Of a stretch of 64,000 bases of DNA, positions 54,289 through 64,000 are shown piece by piece. Under the pieces are notes generated by a model that was given only the letters and a program-made list of their open reading frames with translations, did not search any database and was not told the origin of the DNA. The DNA comes from an uncultured Candidatus Saccharibacteria bacterium (lineage in GTDB: Bacteria; Patescibacteriota; Minisyncoccia; Phycocordibacterales; CAZPGN01): NCBI GenBank assembly GCA_964586635.1, contig CAZPGN010000001.1, forward strand, positions 72,932-136,931, read 5' to 3'. How positions within the stretch are numbered: the stretch's first letter is position 1; every line of letters starts with the position of its first letter. The translations under genes were made by a program, and so were the position numbers.

Positions 54289-55602
54289 TTAAAATGGTGT
54301 TTGAAATAATTGCCCGAGCTGTTCCCTGGCGCGATTTATCGCTTCTAGCTCCCGAAGCCTGCCGCCGACTACGGCATCTATCATACCCGCGAACACCTGC
54401 CGCGAAGCAATCGGGAATGGATCGAGCCACCCTCTCGCGATGAGCCCTGAACGGCTGACCACATCAAGGAATGGGTCGGTGTTGCCTTGCGCAAGGGCAT
54501 CGCGGCGTGCAGATGCCAAGCGGAGGCCGTTTGCGGCAAGTTGCGAATTATTGCCCGATGCAAGCGCGCTGATAATTGAAAAAGCGGCGGCCGGGTTTTG
54601 CGACGCCCTGGTGAGCGCCAGTGCATAGACAGCGCCAAGTGTCGTTGTGCGCCTCTCTCGAATTTGCGGAACAATTGCGGCATCAAAATTGAGGTGCGGA
54701 TTGATCGCTCGAATAAGGGACTCGGAGCTCGCATAATCGAGATACAGCGCGACCTGATTTCCGGCAAATGCTTCCATCGCAGAGGCAAATCCTCGATTCC
54801 AGGTATAGAGACGGCTGTCAATGTTGCTGAACTGGGTATAGAACCGGAGTGCCGCATCTGCAGGAAGCAAAGGACTATCGTCAGGAGACAAACCAAATGC
54901 GAGATGCACGAGCTTGGTGGCAGTTCTTGCGACAATTTGATCCCCCGATTGCACTAGCAGAAGCGCGAGAATATCTGGAGCATTGGGAATGTTGAACGCA
55001 TCACCAAGCGCGATCGCGCTCTGGGTTATGATACCGCGATCGCCGCGCTTGGTAAGGCGGGGCGTATTCGCAACAACTTCCTCCCAGTGTTGGGGCGCCT
55101 TGGCAATGCCTGCGCTTGCAAACATATCTCGATTCCAATAGAGCACAACGGGGTCTATTAACCAGGGCAAACCGAGTACTCCCTCTGGCGCAAGAAACAG
55201 TTCTCCAGCCTCCGCAAATGTGTCTCGGAACGACCGCTCCGGCAAATTTTCATATGGAATAGGGACGATCTTATCTGCATGCCTTATAATGAGCGAATTT
55301 GGAAGAATGACGATATCGGGCCCGCGGCCGCTCGCGAGCGCGGCGACAAGCTCTTGGTCGAAGGTTATTGGATTTCGCTCGGAATAGCTAACGCGGAGAC
55401 CTCGGAACGCGCGCGCCGCCTCGGCCACAGCTTCTCCAACTCCCGCCTCGGGCAATGTCCCCCAAATGACCACGGAGCCAGAAAGTTCGGAAGAACCCCC
55501 ATTGCCGCCAAGCGAAGTCGCTGAAAACAAAACGAGTGCCACGACAGAGAGGAACATAAACACCCCAAGGACAACGAGCTGGAATGTAGTTAGATTCTTC
55601 AT
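54289..55602 (-). CDS. membrane-anchored extracellular solute-binding-protein-like protein (ABC SBP family 1-like)
   Basis: N-terminal TM, then GSVVIWGTLPEAGVGEAVAEAARAF…GPDIVILPNS. This resembles the SBP_bac_1 N-lobe (…TLTVW…F…PDVV). No permease or ATPase genes are adjacent. Confidence 0.45.
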   Translation of the reverse strand: MKNLTTFQLVVLGVFMFLSVVALVLFSATSLGGNGGSSELSGSVVIWGTLPEAGVGEAVAEAARAFRGLRVSYSERNPITFDQELVAALASGRGPDIVILPNSLIIRHADKIVPIPYENLPERSFRDTFAEAGELFLAPEGVLGLPWLIDPVVLYWNRDMFASAGIAKAPQHWEEVVANTPRLTKRGDRGIITQSAIALGDAFNIPNAPDILALLLVQSGDQIVARTATKLVHLAFGLSPDDSPLLPADAALRFYTQFSNIDSRLYTWNRGFASAMEAFAGNQVALYLDYASSESLIRAINPHLNFDAAIVPQIRERRTTTLGAVYALALTRASQNPAAAFSIISALASGNNSQLAANGLRLASARRDALAQGNTDPFLDVVSRSGLIARGWLDPFPIASRQVFAGMIDAVVGGRLRELEAINRAREQLGQLFQTPF

Positions 55603-55611
55603 GTCAGCGGA

Positions 55612-56142
55612 TTACTGTTTCTTGAAAAAAACGCCCCAATGGTGCTCTCCCGCATCGAATGCGCGCTCATCAGAAAATCCCGCATCTATAAACATCCTCG
55701 CCGCTTTCTCTCGACTAACAATGTTCTCGGGGCGCGGCCCTAAACCGCCAAAAGAATCGCTCCAGTCAATGACTGCCGCGCTCCCGCCTGACCGCAGTAC
55801 GCGGTATGTTTCGCGCGCGACCGCCGCGCCGTCTTCTGCCTGGAAGAGAATATTTGATACGAGAACGAAGTCCATCGATCCATCGCCAAGACCCGAACCG
55901 TGCGGCGTGTCGAGGTCGCCCGGCAGAACTTCTATCGTTGTTAACCGCTCGGCCTTGGCCTCTGAGTATAAGCGCGACAGCAAGTCTTTCTGGACATCGA
56001 CGGCATACACGCGACCAGTATCTCCAACTCGCTTTGCCATCTCGAGCGCATACGCGCCGCTTCCCGCGCCGAGATCGGCGACCTTCATGCCTTCACGGAG
56101 TCCAAACCTGGCAACATTTCGTACTGGGTCGGCAAACGCCAT
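55612..56142 (-). CDS. class I SAM-dependent methyltransferase
   Basis: VADLGAGSGAYALEMA is motif I. RVYAVDV is the acidic post-I motif. MDFVLVSNIL is motif II. Confidence 0.65.
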   Translation of the reverse strand: MAFADPVRNVARFGLREGMKVADLGAGSGAYALEMAKRVGDTGRVYAVDVQKDLLSRLYSEAKAERLTTIEVLPGDLDTPHGSGLGDGSMDFVLVSNILFQAEDGAAVARETYRVLRSGGSAAVIDWSDSFGGLGPRPENIVSREKAARMFIDAGFSDERAFDAGEHHWGVFFKKQ

Positions 56143-56234
56143 ACATCATAAGTGTACCACGCATCGCATACTGCCTCACTCCAGTTATCTACAGTCTCCA
56201 CAAGTAGCGCAACTTCAAAACGCAAATCCAATCA

Positions 56235-58691
56235 CTAGAGGAGCGTGAGAGATGCGATGGTGTCTTTTTCACGCAATTTCATAATACGCACTCCTTGTGT
56301 TTGGCGCCCAAGAACAGGGACCTCTGCCATCCCAGTACGTATAACTTGACCATTTTTAGAGATTGCTACAAACTCCGAGACCGTGTCAGTAACAACACGA
56401 GCGACCATTATCTTACCGGTCTTTGATGTAACATTTGCCGTCTTAATGCCGCTTCCGGCTCTCTTTTGTACCTTATACTCGGGTAGCGCAGTTCGTTTGC
56501 CGTAACCGTTCTCACTCATAATCATAAATGTTGCCGCGACATAATCCGCGGTAATAACCTCCGCCCCAACAACCGAATCTCCTTTTTTTAAGGTTATTGC
56601 CCGAACGCCGCCCGCCGCACGCCCCATCTCGCGAACATCCGATTCCTTAAAGCGGATAGACTGGCCATTTGCCGTGGCAAGGATAACAGTATCGCCCTTT
56701 TCCGCAAAGAATGCCGAAAGAAGCTGGTCGCCATCATCAAGACGGATAGCCGCCAGACCGTTGCGGCGCACATCCCGAAAGTTTGCCGCCGAAACTTTTT
56801 TTATAACACCCATGCGCGTCACCATCACCAGCGAGAGGTCTTTCTGTCGCGTAACTTTTGGCATGGGGAGAACGGATGTCACTCGATCGTCACTCGTAAG
56901 CGACAGGAAATTCATTATGGATTTTCCACGGGTCGCACGCCTTCCCTCGGGCAAGTCATACATTTTTATTTGGTAGGCGCGGCCGCTATCCGTAAAGAAG
57001 AGAAGGTCGTCGTGCGTATTTGCCGTCAGGAAAATCGTTATGAAATCCTCCTCTTTAATATCAAGGTCGACCACACCTATGCCGCCTCGGCGTTGTGCTC
57101 GATATTCTGATGGGTCAGTGCGCTTCACATAACCGCCAGCCGTGAGAACGAGCACATTCTCCGCTTCAGGAACAAGATCTTCTTCGGTAATTTCCTTCAC
57201 GCCCTGTCTCACAATGCGTGTGCGGCGATCATCACCATATCGTTCCGCGATCTCCTTAAACTCTGTCTTTATAACAGCAAGAATCTTTTCGGGATGCGCA
57301 AGAAGGTCTTTCAAATACACAATGAGCTTGCGAACCTCTTCGAGTTCATCCTCTATTTTCTTGCGCTCGAGTCCCGCGAGTTTCTGCAAGCGCATATCAA
57401 GAATTGCAGTTGCCTGCCGATCCGAGAGAGCAAACTTCTTCATGAGGTTCGCATGGGCGGTCGGAGTATCACTCGACCCCTTGATGGTCTTGATGACTTC
57501 ATCGATATGGTCAAGCGCTTTCTTCAAACCAGAAAGAATGTGTTCGCGATCCTCTGCTTTCGAAAGATCATACTTCGTCCGCCGCGTAACAACTACGCGG
57601 CGGTATTTCAAAAATTCTTCCAGCACGCCACCCAGAGAGAGCGTCCGTGGAATGCCGTCAACGAGAGTTACCATGTTGTAATTAAAGGTCGTTTCGAGCG
57701 GCGAATGCTTGTAAAGGTAATTGAGCACCTTTTGAGGATTGACTCCCTGCTTCAGCTCTATCACGACGCGCGTTTCTTTCGTGGATTCGTCGCGAATATC
57801 GCGCACGCCTTCCAGCTTCTTTTCTCGAACTTGGTCAGCGATACCTGTTATCATTTCAGCCTTGTTCACCTGATACGGAAGAGAGTTGATGATGATATGA
57901 AAACTTCCTGCCTTTTCTTCGACTATCTCTGCCTCGCCCCGCACTACCACGCCCCCTCTGCCGGTCGCATACGCGTGATGAATATCAGTTCGGTTGTATG
58001 CAATGCCGCCCGTCGGAAAGTCGGGGCCTTTTACATACTTCAGCAAGTCTTCTGTCGTTGCGTCTGGATTGTCGATACGATACACAAGCGCATCAATAAG
58101 TTCGCGCAGATTGTGCGGCGGTATCTTCGATGCCATGCCGACAGCGATACCAACAGTGCCGTTTAGAAGAAGGTTCGGGACTGCGGACGGAAGCACCGTA
58201 GGCTCATTGCGGGTCGCATCATAATTCGGCGCAAAATCAACAGTACCTTTTTCAATATCGCGCAGAAGCTCGCTTGAGAGCCGCGACATACGCGCCTCCG
58301 TATACCTCATAGCGGCGGCCGAGTCGCCATCGACACTGCCAAAATTGCCCTGGCCTTCTACCAATGGGTAGCGCATATAAAAATCCTGCGCCATCTTAAC
58401 CATCGCGTCATAAACTGATGTATCGCCGTGCGGGTGGTACTTTCCGAGCACATCGCCGACAACTGCCGCAGATTTGCGGAACTTCGCCTGGTGCGTCAGA
58501 CCGAGTTCGTGCATGGAATATAAAATACGGCGATGCACGGGTTTTAACCCATCTCGGACATCAGGAAGCGCCCTCGAGACAATAACGCTCATCGCGTAAT
58601 CTAGGTATGACTCGCGCATTTCCGGAACGATATTGGTCGAAATGATGCGTTCTGTCGTTGACTTCTGTTGTTTTTTTGGGTCGTCTGCCAT
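56235..58691 (-). CDS. gyrA: DNA gyrase subunit A
   Basis: [29 protein letters not shown] is the GyrA N-terminus. The active-site Tyr region is [10 protein letters not shown]. The C-terminal beta-pinwheel repeats include a GyrA-box-like QRRGGIG. 818 aa. Confidence 0.9.
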   Translation of the reverse strand: MADDPKKQQKSTTERIISTNIVPEMRESYLDYAMSVIVSRALPDVRDGLKPVHRRILYSMHELGLTHQAKFRKSAAVVGDVLGKYHPHGDTSVYDAMVKMAQDFYMRYPLVEGQGNFGSVDGDSAAAMRYTEARMSRLSSELLRDIEKGTVDFAPNYDATRNEPTVLPSAVPNLLLNGTVGIAVGMASKIPPHNLRELIDALVYRIDNPDATTEDLLKYVKGPDFPTGGIAYNRTDIHHAYATGRGGVVVRGEAEIVEEKAGSFHIIINSLPYQVNKAEMITGIADQVREKKLEGVRDIRDESTKETRVVIELKQGVNPQKVLNYLYKHSPLETTFNYNMVTLVDGIPRTLSLGGVLEEFLKYRRVVVTRRTKYDLSKAEDREHILSGLKKALDHIDEVIKTIKGSSDTPTAHANLMKKFALSDRQATAILDMRLQKLAGLERKKIEDELEEVRKLIVYLKDLLAHPEKILAVIKTEFKEIAERYGDDRRTRIVRQGVKEITEEDLVPEAENVLVLTAGGYVKRTDPSEYRAQRRGGIGVVDLDIKEEDFITIFLTANTHDDLLFFTDSGRAYQIKMYDLPEGRRATRGKSIMNFLSLTSDDRVTSVLPMPKVTRQKDLSLVMVTRMGVIKKVSAANFRDVRRNGLAAIRLDDGDQLLSAFFAEKGDTVILATANGQSIRFKESDVREMGRAAGGVRAITLKKGDSVVGAEVITADYVAATFMIMSENGYGKRTALPEYKVQKRAGSGIKTANVTSKTGKIMVARVVTDTVSEFVAISKNGQVIRTGMAEVPVLGRQTQGVRIMKLREKDTIASLTLL

Positions 58692-58694
58692 AGT

Positions 58695-58913
58695 TTACGG
58701 CTTAATAAAATCCAATACGGCGCCAAGAATCATTGAAATTTGCTTGCTGATTGTCGCAGAAGGATTTGCGTCGATGGTGGAAGAAAATGGGTTAAAAATA
58801 ATCCATGAAATGGAAATCGATGCGACGATGATCAGCGAAACACCCCAAGCTATATTCCTTCTCTCTTTTTCCGGCAAGCGCCGCAAGCGCGCAATCCTAT
58901 CCACGATCGTCAT
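58695..58913 (-). CDS. small hypothetical membrane protein (72 aa)
   Basis: One TM (IAWGVSLIIVASISISWIIF). Stop-start is adjacent to gyrA. Confidence 0.3.
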   Translation of the reverse strand: MTIVDRIARLRRLPEKERRNIAWGVSLIIVASISISWIIFNPFSSTIDANPSATISKQISMILGAVLDFIKP

Positions 58914-58932
58914 AAATAATATCTATGAGTCT

Positions 58933-59562
58933 CTATTGCGGCTTAAGTACTGATATAATTCCCGTCCCGCTTCCGACATCTTTCTTTTTAATCGTCAATT
59001 TTTCAACCGTCTCGCTCTCGACAACTCCCTCCGCCTTCAGGAATTTCTTAAGGGCATCCTCGTTTCCGTCGTAGAGCGGCACTATGTATGTCGGTTCAAG
59101 CATTGTCGCGACCTTGTGCGCATCGGCGGGCGGCAGGGCGTCGGGTCCAGCGATCAGAATAAAGACAACATCGACTTGACCAATCTGCTCTCTGACGGCG
59201 GCGGTAATCTCGTCTTTCGAGCGCAGAAACCCGAGATGACAAAGCGAAATATCATCGAGACGCGCCACGAACACAGTGTTAGTCTGCGCGCCAGCGGCAT
59301 CGCCAACAACCGTGGGAATGCCTTTCACAAACACGCCGCTTACCTCGTACTCTCCCGGCCCGTCTATAACGAACGGCGCTCGATCGCCGTAGGTCGCATT
59401 TTCGACCCCATTTGCGTCAGGGTGGTCCATCGACACAAAAACGATATCAGCGCCAAACTTGCTTGGTTTTGCGTCCGAATTCCTAGAAATCGGATTAAAT
59501 GCGAGCACAAAATCTCCCTGGGCAACCTTAACTGTGGCTCGCTTATGATAGCTTAGGACCAT
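58933..59562 (-). CDS. metallo-beta-lactamase-fold hydrolase (UPF0173-like)
   Basis: DIVFVSMDHPDANGV is an HxHxDH-like metal motif region. 209 aa. Confidence 0.55.
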   Translation of the reverse strand: MVLSYHKRATVKVAQGDFVLAFNPISRNSDAKPSKFGADIVFVSMDHPDANGVENATYGDRAPFVIDGPGEYEVSGVFVKGIPTVVGDAAGAQTNTVFVARLDDISLCHLGFLRSKDEITAAVREQIGQVDVVFILIAGPDALPPADAHKVATMLEPTYIVPLYDGNEDALKKFLKAEGVVESETVEKLTIKKKDVGSGTGIISVLKPQ

Positions 59563-59660
59563 ATGTACATTATAGCATATTTCACCTACTTATGCACGGG
59601 CAACGGGGTTAGGTTGACCATCGGCCTGTTGCGCGCCATACTGCGGTTGGACAGAAAGGA

Positions 59661-60521
59661 GTGTTACAAATGCTGGATAGGATGGTTCCCATAGGCGAGC
59701 CGACAAAAAACTCCCTTATTGAAAGGAGAAGCAGGGAGGCTGAAGGATGTTCGGGGGTGGGGTGCGGACAATGCCTTGGCAGAAACGCCTTGAGCATCGG
59801 GCTTGGTTTTGTGAGCGCCGCAAGCTCTTTCGCGACGAATACCTTCGGTTTGTTTGGCGCTTCGGGTGGTTTCGCCATGACAATGACAACCTGCATCGCC
59901 GCCGTAGGCGTTGGAGCAATTGTCTTTCTCCTGATGCCGCACGGTCTTGCCCATTTCGTTGTTGCTCGGTGGCGCGCGCGCAGAACCCTTTCGGGGAAAG
60001 CTCATGTGTTCCTGGTTGAGGCGGTTGACTTCATGTCAAGCCAGTTCGATGAACGCATCGCGCGACTTACGAGTGCCGGCAACCAAAGACTGCTTCAGGT
60101 TCAACACCTGCTTAAGCAAGCCGCATTGGTCAGGAACAGAGTTTCGACTGACGAGGCGATATCGCCAGAACAATCTTCACTCACCGAAGAAGCCCTAAGA
60201 CAAGTCGAGCTTCTCGGCTTATACGAGAAAGCATGTCAATCATTCCTCAACCGGATAGCAGAGAAACAGACTGCCTTCCATAACCGCATGAAAGACATTC
60301 GCGCTCGACTTAATTGTATCGCCGCGTTTGACGAATTACCGCTCCCCATAGAGCGAGATACCGTTCAATATGTGGCATTGCTCGAATATGAAATGCACGA
60401 ATTGCTCGAGAGCGGCAACTCTGCGATTGCTGAAATTGCAGAGACGGCTCTTCCGGAGCCGCAATCCAGAATCGAGCAAAAGGAGCTAGAATCTCGTGGC
60501 CTCTTGGGGGCTGCAAAATGA
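59661..60521 (+). CDS. hypothetical membrane protein with a C-terminal coiled-coil region
   Basis: Good SD (AAAGGAG, 9 nt upstream). Two hydrophobic segments, then a helical Q/E/L-rich C-terminus. No family recognised. Confidence 0.45.
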   Translation: MLQMLDRMVPIGEPTKNSLIERRSREAEGCSGVGCGQCLGRNALSIGLGFVSAASSFATNTFGLFGASGGFAMTMTTCIAAVGVGAIVFLLMPHGLAHFVVARWRARRTLSGKAHVFLVEAVDFMSSQFDERIARLTSAGNQRLLQVQHLLKQAALVRNRVSTDEAISPEQSSLTEEALRQVELLGLYEKACQSFLNRIAEKQTAFHNRMKDIRARLNCIAAFDELPLPIERDTVQYVALLEYEMHELLESGNSAIAEIAETALPEPQSRIEQKELESRGLLGAAK

Positions 60522-60583
60522 ATCCAAACTGGTCTTTCCCGCAATCCCTGACATAACCACTTGCCAGGGATTCTTCCTTTGGG

Positions 60584-60791
60584 ATGAAGGGGTCAGGAGC
60601 CTTCATAATACCGCCTCGCGCAAAACATTTTCAAAAGCAAGATAATCAGCGTCAGTTTGGAAAATTGGTAGTCGTGCGTTAGCGCGATTGATGATATGGT
60701 AAACGACGTCTCCGACATCGGTGCGTGGTGGGCGTGGCATACTGTTCAGTGTAGCACAAAATGGATATGAAGGCTCCTGACCCCTTCATTC
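60584..60791. mobile_element. REPIN-like element: two copies of the 23-bp REP hairpin in inverted orientation (60584..60606 and 60769..60791) enclosing a truncated RAYT/IS200-like transposase remnant
   Basis: ATGAAGGGGTCAGGAGCCTTCAT at 60584 and its exact reverse complement at 60769. The 162-bp interior encodes the N-terminal 45 aa of a Y1 (HUH) transposase. Confidence 0.55.
60603..60740 (-). pseudogene. truncated REP-associated tyrosine transposase (RAYT) / IS200-IS605 TnpA-like N-terminal fragment (45 aa; HUH motif and catalytic Tyr missing)
   Basis: Hand translation of the minus strand gives MPRPPRTDVGDVVYHIINRANARLPIFQTDADYLAFENVLREAVL*. This matches the conserved N-terminus of COG1943/Y1_Tnp proteins (MPR.AR…HH...RG..R..IF.DD.DY..FL). 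The stop lies inside the flanking REP hairpin. Confidence 0.5.
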
Positions 60792-60852
60792 CTAGCTTGC
60801 ACAGATATGTCTTTTCGCGTATATTTGAGCGGCATTATCAATATAATCATTA

Positions 60853-62004
60853 TTGGTTAACGGTATGAATACAGATACCATAACCTCCACCGCCCTCGCC
60901 TCGGAAACAACTGGCACACGGCCAGATCGACAGAAAGGCGTAGAAAAAAATGAGCGGATGGAGCAAATTTTAAAAGACGCGCCGCTCCCGCCAGCGCCGG
61001 GCGATCTTGCGGTCGGCAGAGTGATAGGTCACGACAAACTTACTCTCTATATAAATCTCGAACCCTTTGGGACCGGAATCATTTTTGGACGGGAGTATCT
61101 CGGCACCCGCGATCTCATAAAGAAAATAAAAATTGGCGATGAAATAACTGCAAAAGTAATCGAGGGCGAAAATGAAAATGGCTACGTCGAACTCTCCTTA
61201 AAGGAGGCCCGTCAGGCTGTCATTTGGAAGGATGCAGAACAAGCAATCAAGGAAAAGCGCATACTCGAACTCTCTATTAAAGATGCCAACAAGGGCGGGC
61301 TCCTCATCGAGTGGCAAGGCATTCTCGGATTCTTACCCGCATCTCAACTTTCTTCAGACCATTACCCTCGTGTGGCGGACGGCGACAAGGATAAGATAAT
61401 GGAGGAACTTAAAAAACTCATCGGCAAGACAATTTCAGTATCAATTATCACCGCAGACCCAAAAGAAGAAAAAATAATTTTTTCTGAAAAGGCCGGCAAT
61501 GAACAAGACAAGCATGAGATCATCGCGAAATACAACCTGGGAGATGTTTTGAGCGGTACCGTCACGGGCGTCGTGGATTTTGGAGTTTTCTTGAAGCTTG
61601 AGGAAGGTCTCGAGGGGCTTGTCCATATCTCGGAAATCGACTGGTCGCTCGTTGATGATCCCAAGACGCGCTTTAAGGTTGGCGATTCTGTGCAGGTAAA
61701 GGTCATCGAAATTAAGGACAGCAAAATCTCTCTCTCCATTAAAGCCCTAAAGGAAAATCCTTGGAAAAAGGCGGCTGAACGATACAACAAGGGCGCGGAA
61801 GTGAGCGGCGTTGTCATCAAGTACAACAGACACGGCGCCCTCGTCTCGATCGAAGAAGGTATAGCGGGATTAGTGCATGTATCCGAATTCGCCTCTCCCG
61901 AGGAACTCCGGCAGACGCTTGAACTCGGAAAAACCTATCGCTTCACCATCAATCTGTTCGACCCAAAAGAACAGCGCATGACATTGTCATATATTACGCA
62001 ATAA
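60853..62004 (+). CDS. rpsA: 30S ribosomal protein S1 (four S1 domains)
   Basis: Repeated S1 OB-fold motifs (GDLAVGRVIG…, GGLLIEWQGILGFLPASQL, GDVLSGTVTGVVDFGVFLKLEEGLEGLVHISEI, GAEVSGVVIKYNRHGALVSIEEGIAGLVHVSEF). Confidence 0.85.
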   Translation: MVNGMNTDTITSTALASETTGTRPDRQKGVEKNERMEQILKDAPLPPAPGDLAVGRVIGHDKLTLYINLEPFGTGIIFGREYLGTRDLIKKIKIGDEITAKVIEGENENGYVELSLKEARQAVIWKDAEQAIKEKRILELSIKDANKGGLLIEWQGILGFLPASQLSSDHYPRVADGDKDKIMEELKKLIGKTISVSIITADPKEEKIIFSEKAGNEQDKHEIIAKYNLGDVLSGTVTGVVDFGVFLKLEEGLEGLVHISEIDWSLVDDPKTRFKVGDSVQVKVIEIKDSKISLSIKALKENPWKKAAERYNKGAEVSGVVIKYNRHGALVSIEEGIAGLVHVSEFASPEELRQTLELGKTYRFTINLFDPKEQRMTLSYITQ

Positions 62005-62607
62005 TTACTCGCATTTGTTGAATCGATTCATTGCCACCGATAATCCCTCCTCAATAATAGTATCGATAGCTTCGGCGGTTCGCCGCAGAATGACGGGAAG
62101 CTTGGCCGCTTCTCGCGCGGAAAATCGCCCAAGCACGAACTGCTCCACGGCATCTTTTCCGAGTGGCTTATGAGCTACTCCCTGGTCGTCGGTCGGCGCG
62201 AGACCGATGCGGATACGACAAAATGCATTCGTTGCGAGCGCGTCAATGATGGATTGCACGCCACGATGTCCTGCCGAACCTCTATCGAACGAAATTTTAA
62301 TCGAACCGAACGGCACATCGATATCATCGTGGCACACGACAAGCGCCCTGCCATCAAAGTCGCCGGACACAATGCGCCGCACAGCGTCGCCCGACAAATT
62401 CATAGAGGTTTGAGGAAGCACAAGCATAACGGACAGTCCATGCATGGCGCCTTCCGAAATTTGCGCCGCGCGACGAGGGTCAATATGCCAGTCCGAAAAC
62501 TCCGGCCGCGCGGCGCGATACGACTCGAGCGCCATGCGGCCGACATTATGGCGCGTCTTTGCATATTGCTCGTCAGGATTTCCGAGGCCGACAATGGTGT
62601 ATATCAC
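62005..62607 (-). CDS. pth: peptidyl-tRNA hydrolase
   Basis: MIYTIVGLGNPDEQYAKTRHNVGRM is the Pth N-terminal signature (GLGNPG..Y..TRHN.G). DDIDVPFGSIKISFDRGSAGHRG is also present. Confidence 0.85.
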   Translation of the reverse strand: MIYTIVGLGNPDEQYAKTRHNVGRMALESYRAARPEFSDWHIDPRRAAQISEGAMHGLSVMLVLPQTSMNLSGDAVRRIVSGDFDGRALVVCHDDIDVPFGSIKISFDRGSAGHRGVQSIIDALATNAFCRIRIGLAPTDDQGVAHKPLGKDAVEQFVLGRFSAREAAKLPVILRRTAEAIDTIIEEGLSVAMNRFNKCE

Positions 62608-62711
62608 ATATATAGCGTACAGGCAGACAACTCTGCGTGCAACAAAAACTCTATTTTGTACAAAGGCAAAGCGATGTAGTACAATTGCGTGGTGGAAACG
62701 GAAAAAAATAC

Positions 62712-63320
62712 ATGACCGAAACGCAAGATCACCATCATGACGACGATGAAAGTGGTGGTTCTTTTGTGATCGAGATCGTAAAGTTTGCTATCATTGCCTT
62801 GCTTGTGATTTACCCCGTCCGTGCCTATGTCGCCCAACCGTACATCGTACTCGGCGAATCGATGGAGCCTACCTTTCACGAACGGGAGTATCTCATCGTA
62901 GACAGACTCTCGTATCGCTTCGATGAACCAGAACGCGGAGCAGTCATCATATTCAACTTTCCCTTAAGCGAAAAGAGTCCTCCTGAACGCTTTATCAAGC
63001 GCATCATAGGGCTTCCGGGAGAAACTATCGAGTTTAAGAATGGTAAGCTGTTTATCACTACTTCGGGCGGAGGACGCTTCCAATTCGTCGAATCATACCT
63101 CGAATTCACCACCTCCGGCGATTCCATGGCACGGAAACTGGGACCGAACGAGTATTTTGTTGCGGGTGATAATCGTCCCGAAAGCTCTGACTCGCGCATC
63201 TGGGGTCCCATAACCCGCGACGATATTGTGGGGAGAGTCTACCTGCGCCTATTTCCATTCGGACGAGTAGGATATCTTCCAGGCGACCTGCGAACAAACC
63301 AAAGCAGAACTGCAAACTAA
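62712..63320 (+). CDS. lepB: signal peptidase I
   Basis: TM anchor, then VLGESMEPTF (catalytic Ser box), RIIGLPGETIEF, and GDNRPESSDSRIWGPI (box E with GDNR…S.DSR). Confidence 0.8.
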   Translation: MTETQDHHHDDDESGGSFVIEIVKFAIIALLVIYPVRAYVAQPYIVLGESMEPTFHEREYLIVDRLSYRFDEPERGAVIIFNFPLSEKSPPERFIKRIIGLPGETIEFKNGKLFITTSGGGRFQFVESYLEFTTSGDSMARKLGPNEYFVAGDNRPESSDSRIWGPITRDDIVGRVYLRLFPFGRVGYLPGDLRTNQSRTAN

Positions 63321-63360
63321 CAACAATAATCCATGTCGGAGAAAAAATCGATGAAACAAG

Positions 63361-64000
63361 ATAAGCTCCCACGCCGCCCCACGGGCACACGAGACCTTGT
63401 TGGCGAACATTACCTGCTCGTACAAGGTTTTTTTGAGAAAGCCGCAGAAATAGCTCTGTATTATGATTTTTCTCCGATCGAAACTCCAACCCTCGAGGAA
63501 TCAGCAATATTCATGACCGGACTCGGCGAAGATACCGACATAGTTAGCAAGGAAATGTATACCCTCAAGACGAAGGGCGGAAGTCAACTTGCCATGCGGC
63601 CAGAGGGCACCGCAGGCGTCATGCGCGCATATATCGAGAATGGCATGCAAAGTCTTCCCCAGCCGGTAAAGCTCTACTACGCGGGTTCTTTTTTTAGACA
63701 CGAACGCCCTCAGCGCGGCAGGTGGCGAGAGTTCAAACAGTTCGGCATTGAAGTGCTCGGTGCGCCGAAGAGCATCGCCGATGCTATGGTCGTTATGATT
63801 CTCATGAAAATTCTTGAGGAGGCAGGTTGTTCCCGTCTCTCGGTACAACTCAACTCAATCGGCGACCGCGATTGCCGCACCAATTATCGCCGCGCGCTTG
63901 TCGCATATTATCGAAAACACATAAGCGATCTATGCGAAGACTGCAAGGAGCGTCTTAAAACAAACCCTCTTCGCTTGCTCGATTGCAAGAATGAGAAGTG
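63361..64000 (+). CDS. hisS: histidine--tRNA ligase, partial (continues beyond window end)
   Basis: Frame from the ATG at 63361: MKQDKLPRRPTGTRDLVGEHY…MRPEGTAGVMRAY…YYAGSFFRHERPQRGRWREFKQFGIEVLG. Class II motifs 1 and 2 of HisRS. Confidence 0.8.

Noticed and set aside
59609-59650. Possible sigma70 promoter TTGACC-17-CATACT upstream of the ORF at 59661
   Set aside because: The -10 hexamer lacks the conserved first T (it is CATACT). Support is too weak to list as a feature.

Overview
This is a 64-kb window from a compact bacterial chromosome of about 50-55% GC, with genes on both strands and short intergenic regions. Core genes are short forms: dnaX is gamma-only length and infB is 500 aa. There are many small membrane or secreted ORFs. 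Together this is consistent with a reduced-genome lineage such as the Candidate Phyla Radiation (CPR); that is inference only.

Content in order:
- nth (partial), a GatB/YqeY protein, then a sugar block: ROK glucokinase, PGI/PMI, gnd, zwf, GH15, GH57 and a glycogen-synthase-like glycosyltransferase.
- trxB and an NrdH-like glutaredoxin.
- An AT-rich island of about 3.8 kb carrying a tyrosine recombinase, a MazG-like protein, an acidic hypothetical protein, a methyltransferase-like protein and hicB/hicA.
- A family 4 UDG and several small proteins, tRNA-Gln, dnaX, argS, dus, a DacB-CapA fusion, an FtsQ-like protein, serS, dprA, topA, rel, parB.
- tRNA-Leu(CAA), miaA, tRNA-Trp, rpmG, a DUF975-like protein, tRNA-Tyr, clpB, a trypsin-like protein, cysteine desulfurase, infB, rbfA.
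- A tRNA cluster of Cys, Leu(TAA), Lys and Leu(TAG) that contains an unusual tandem structured repeat.
- A 2402-aa cell-wall-anchored giant surface protein.
- An operon of five paralogous small two-transmembrane-helix (2-TM) proteins that resemble TrbC/VirB2-type type IV secretion system (T4SS) pilins, with an SPFH protein, a small secreted protein and a solute-binding-like protein.
- A SAM methyltransferase, gyrA, an MBL-fold protein, rpsA, pth, lepB and hisS (partial).

Most interesting findings:
1. A 23-bp REP-like hairpin repeat is dispersed at five or more sites. An inverted pair of these repeats encloses a truncated RAYT/IS200-like Y1-transposase remnant (a REPIN-like element).
2. Downstream of tRNA-Cys, a 136-nt highly structured unit is repeated 2.2 times in tandem, and each unit ends with a copy of the tRNA-Cys 3-prime end.
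3. The recombinase island has integron-like layout, with conserved punctuation motifs between its genes.
4. The pilin-like, SPFH and giant-adhesin surface locus.

All calls were made by reading the sequence and the ORF translations only; no database searches were possible.
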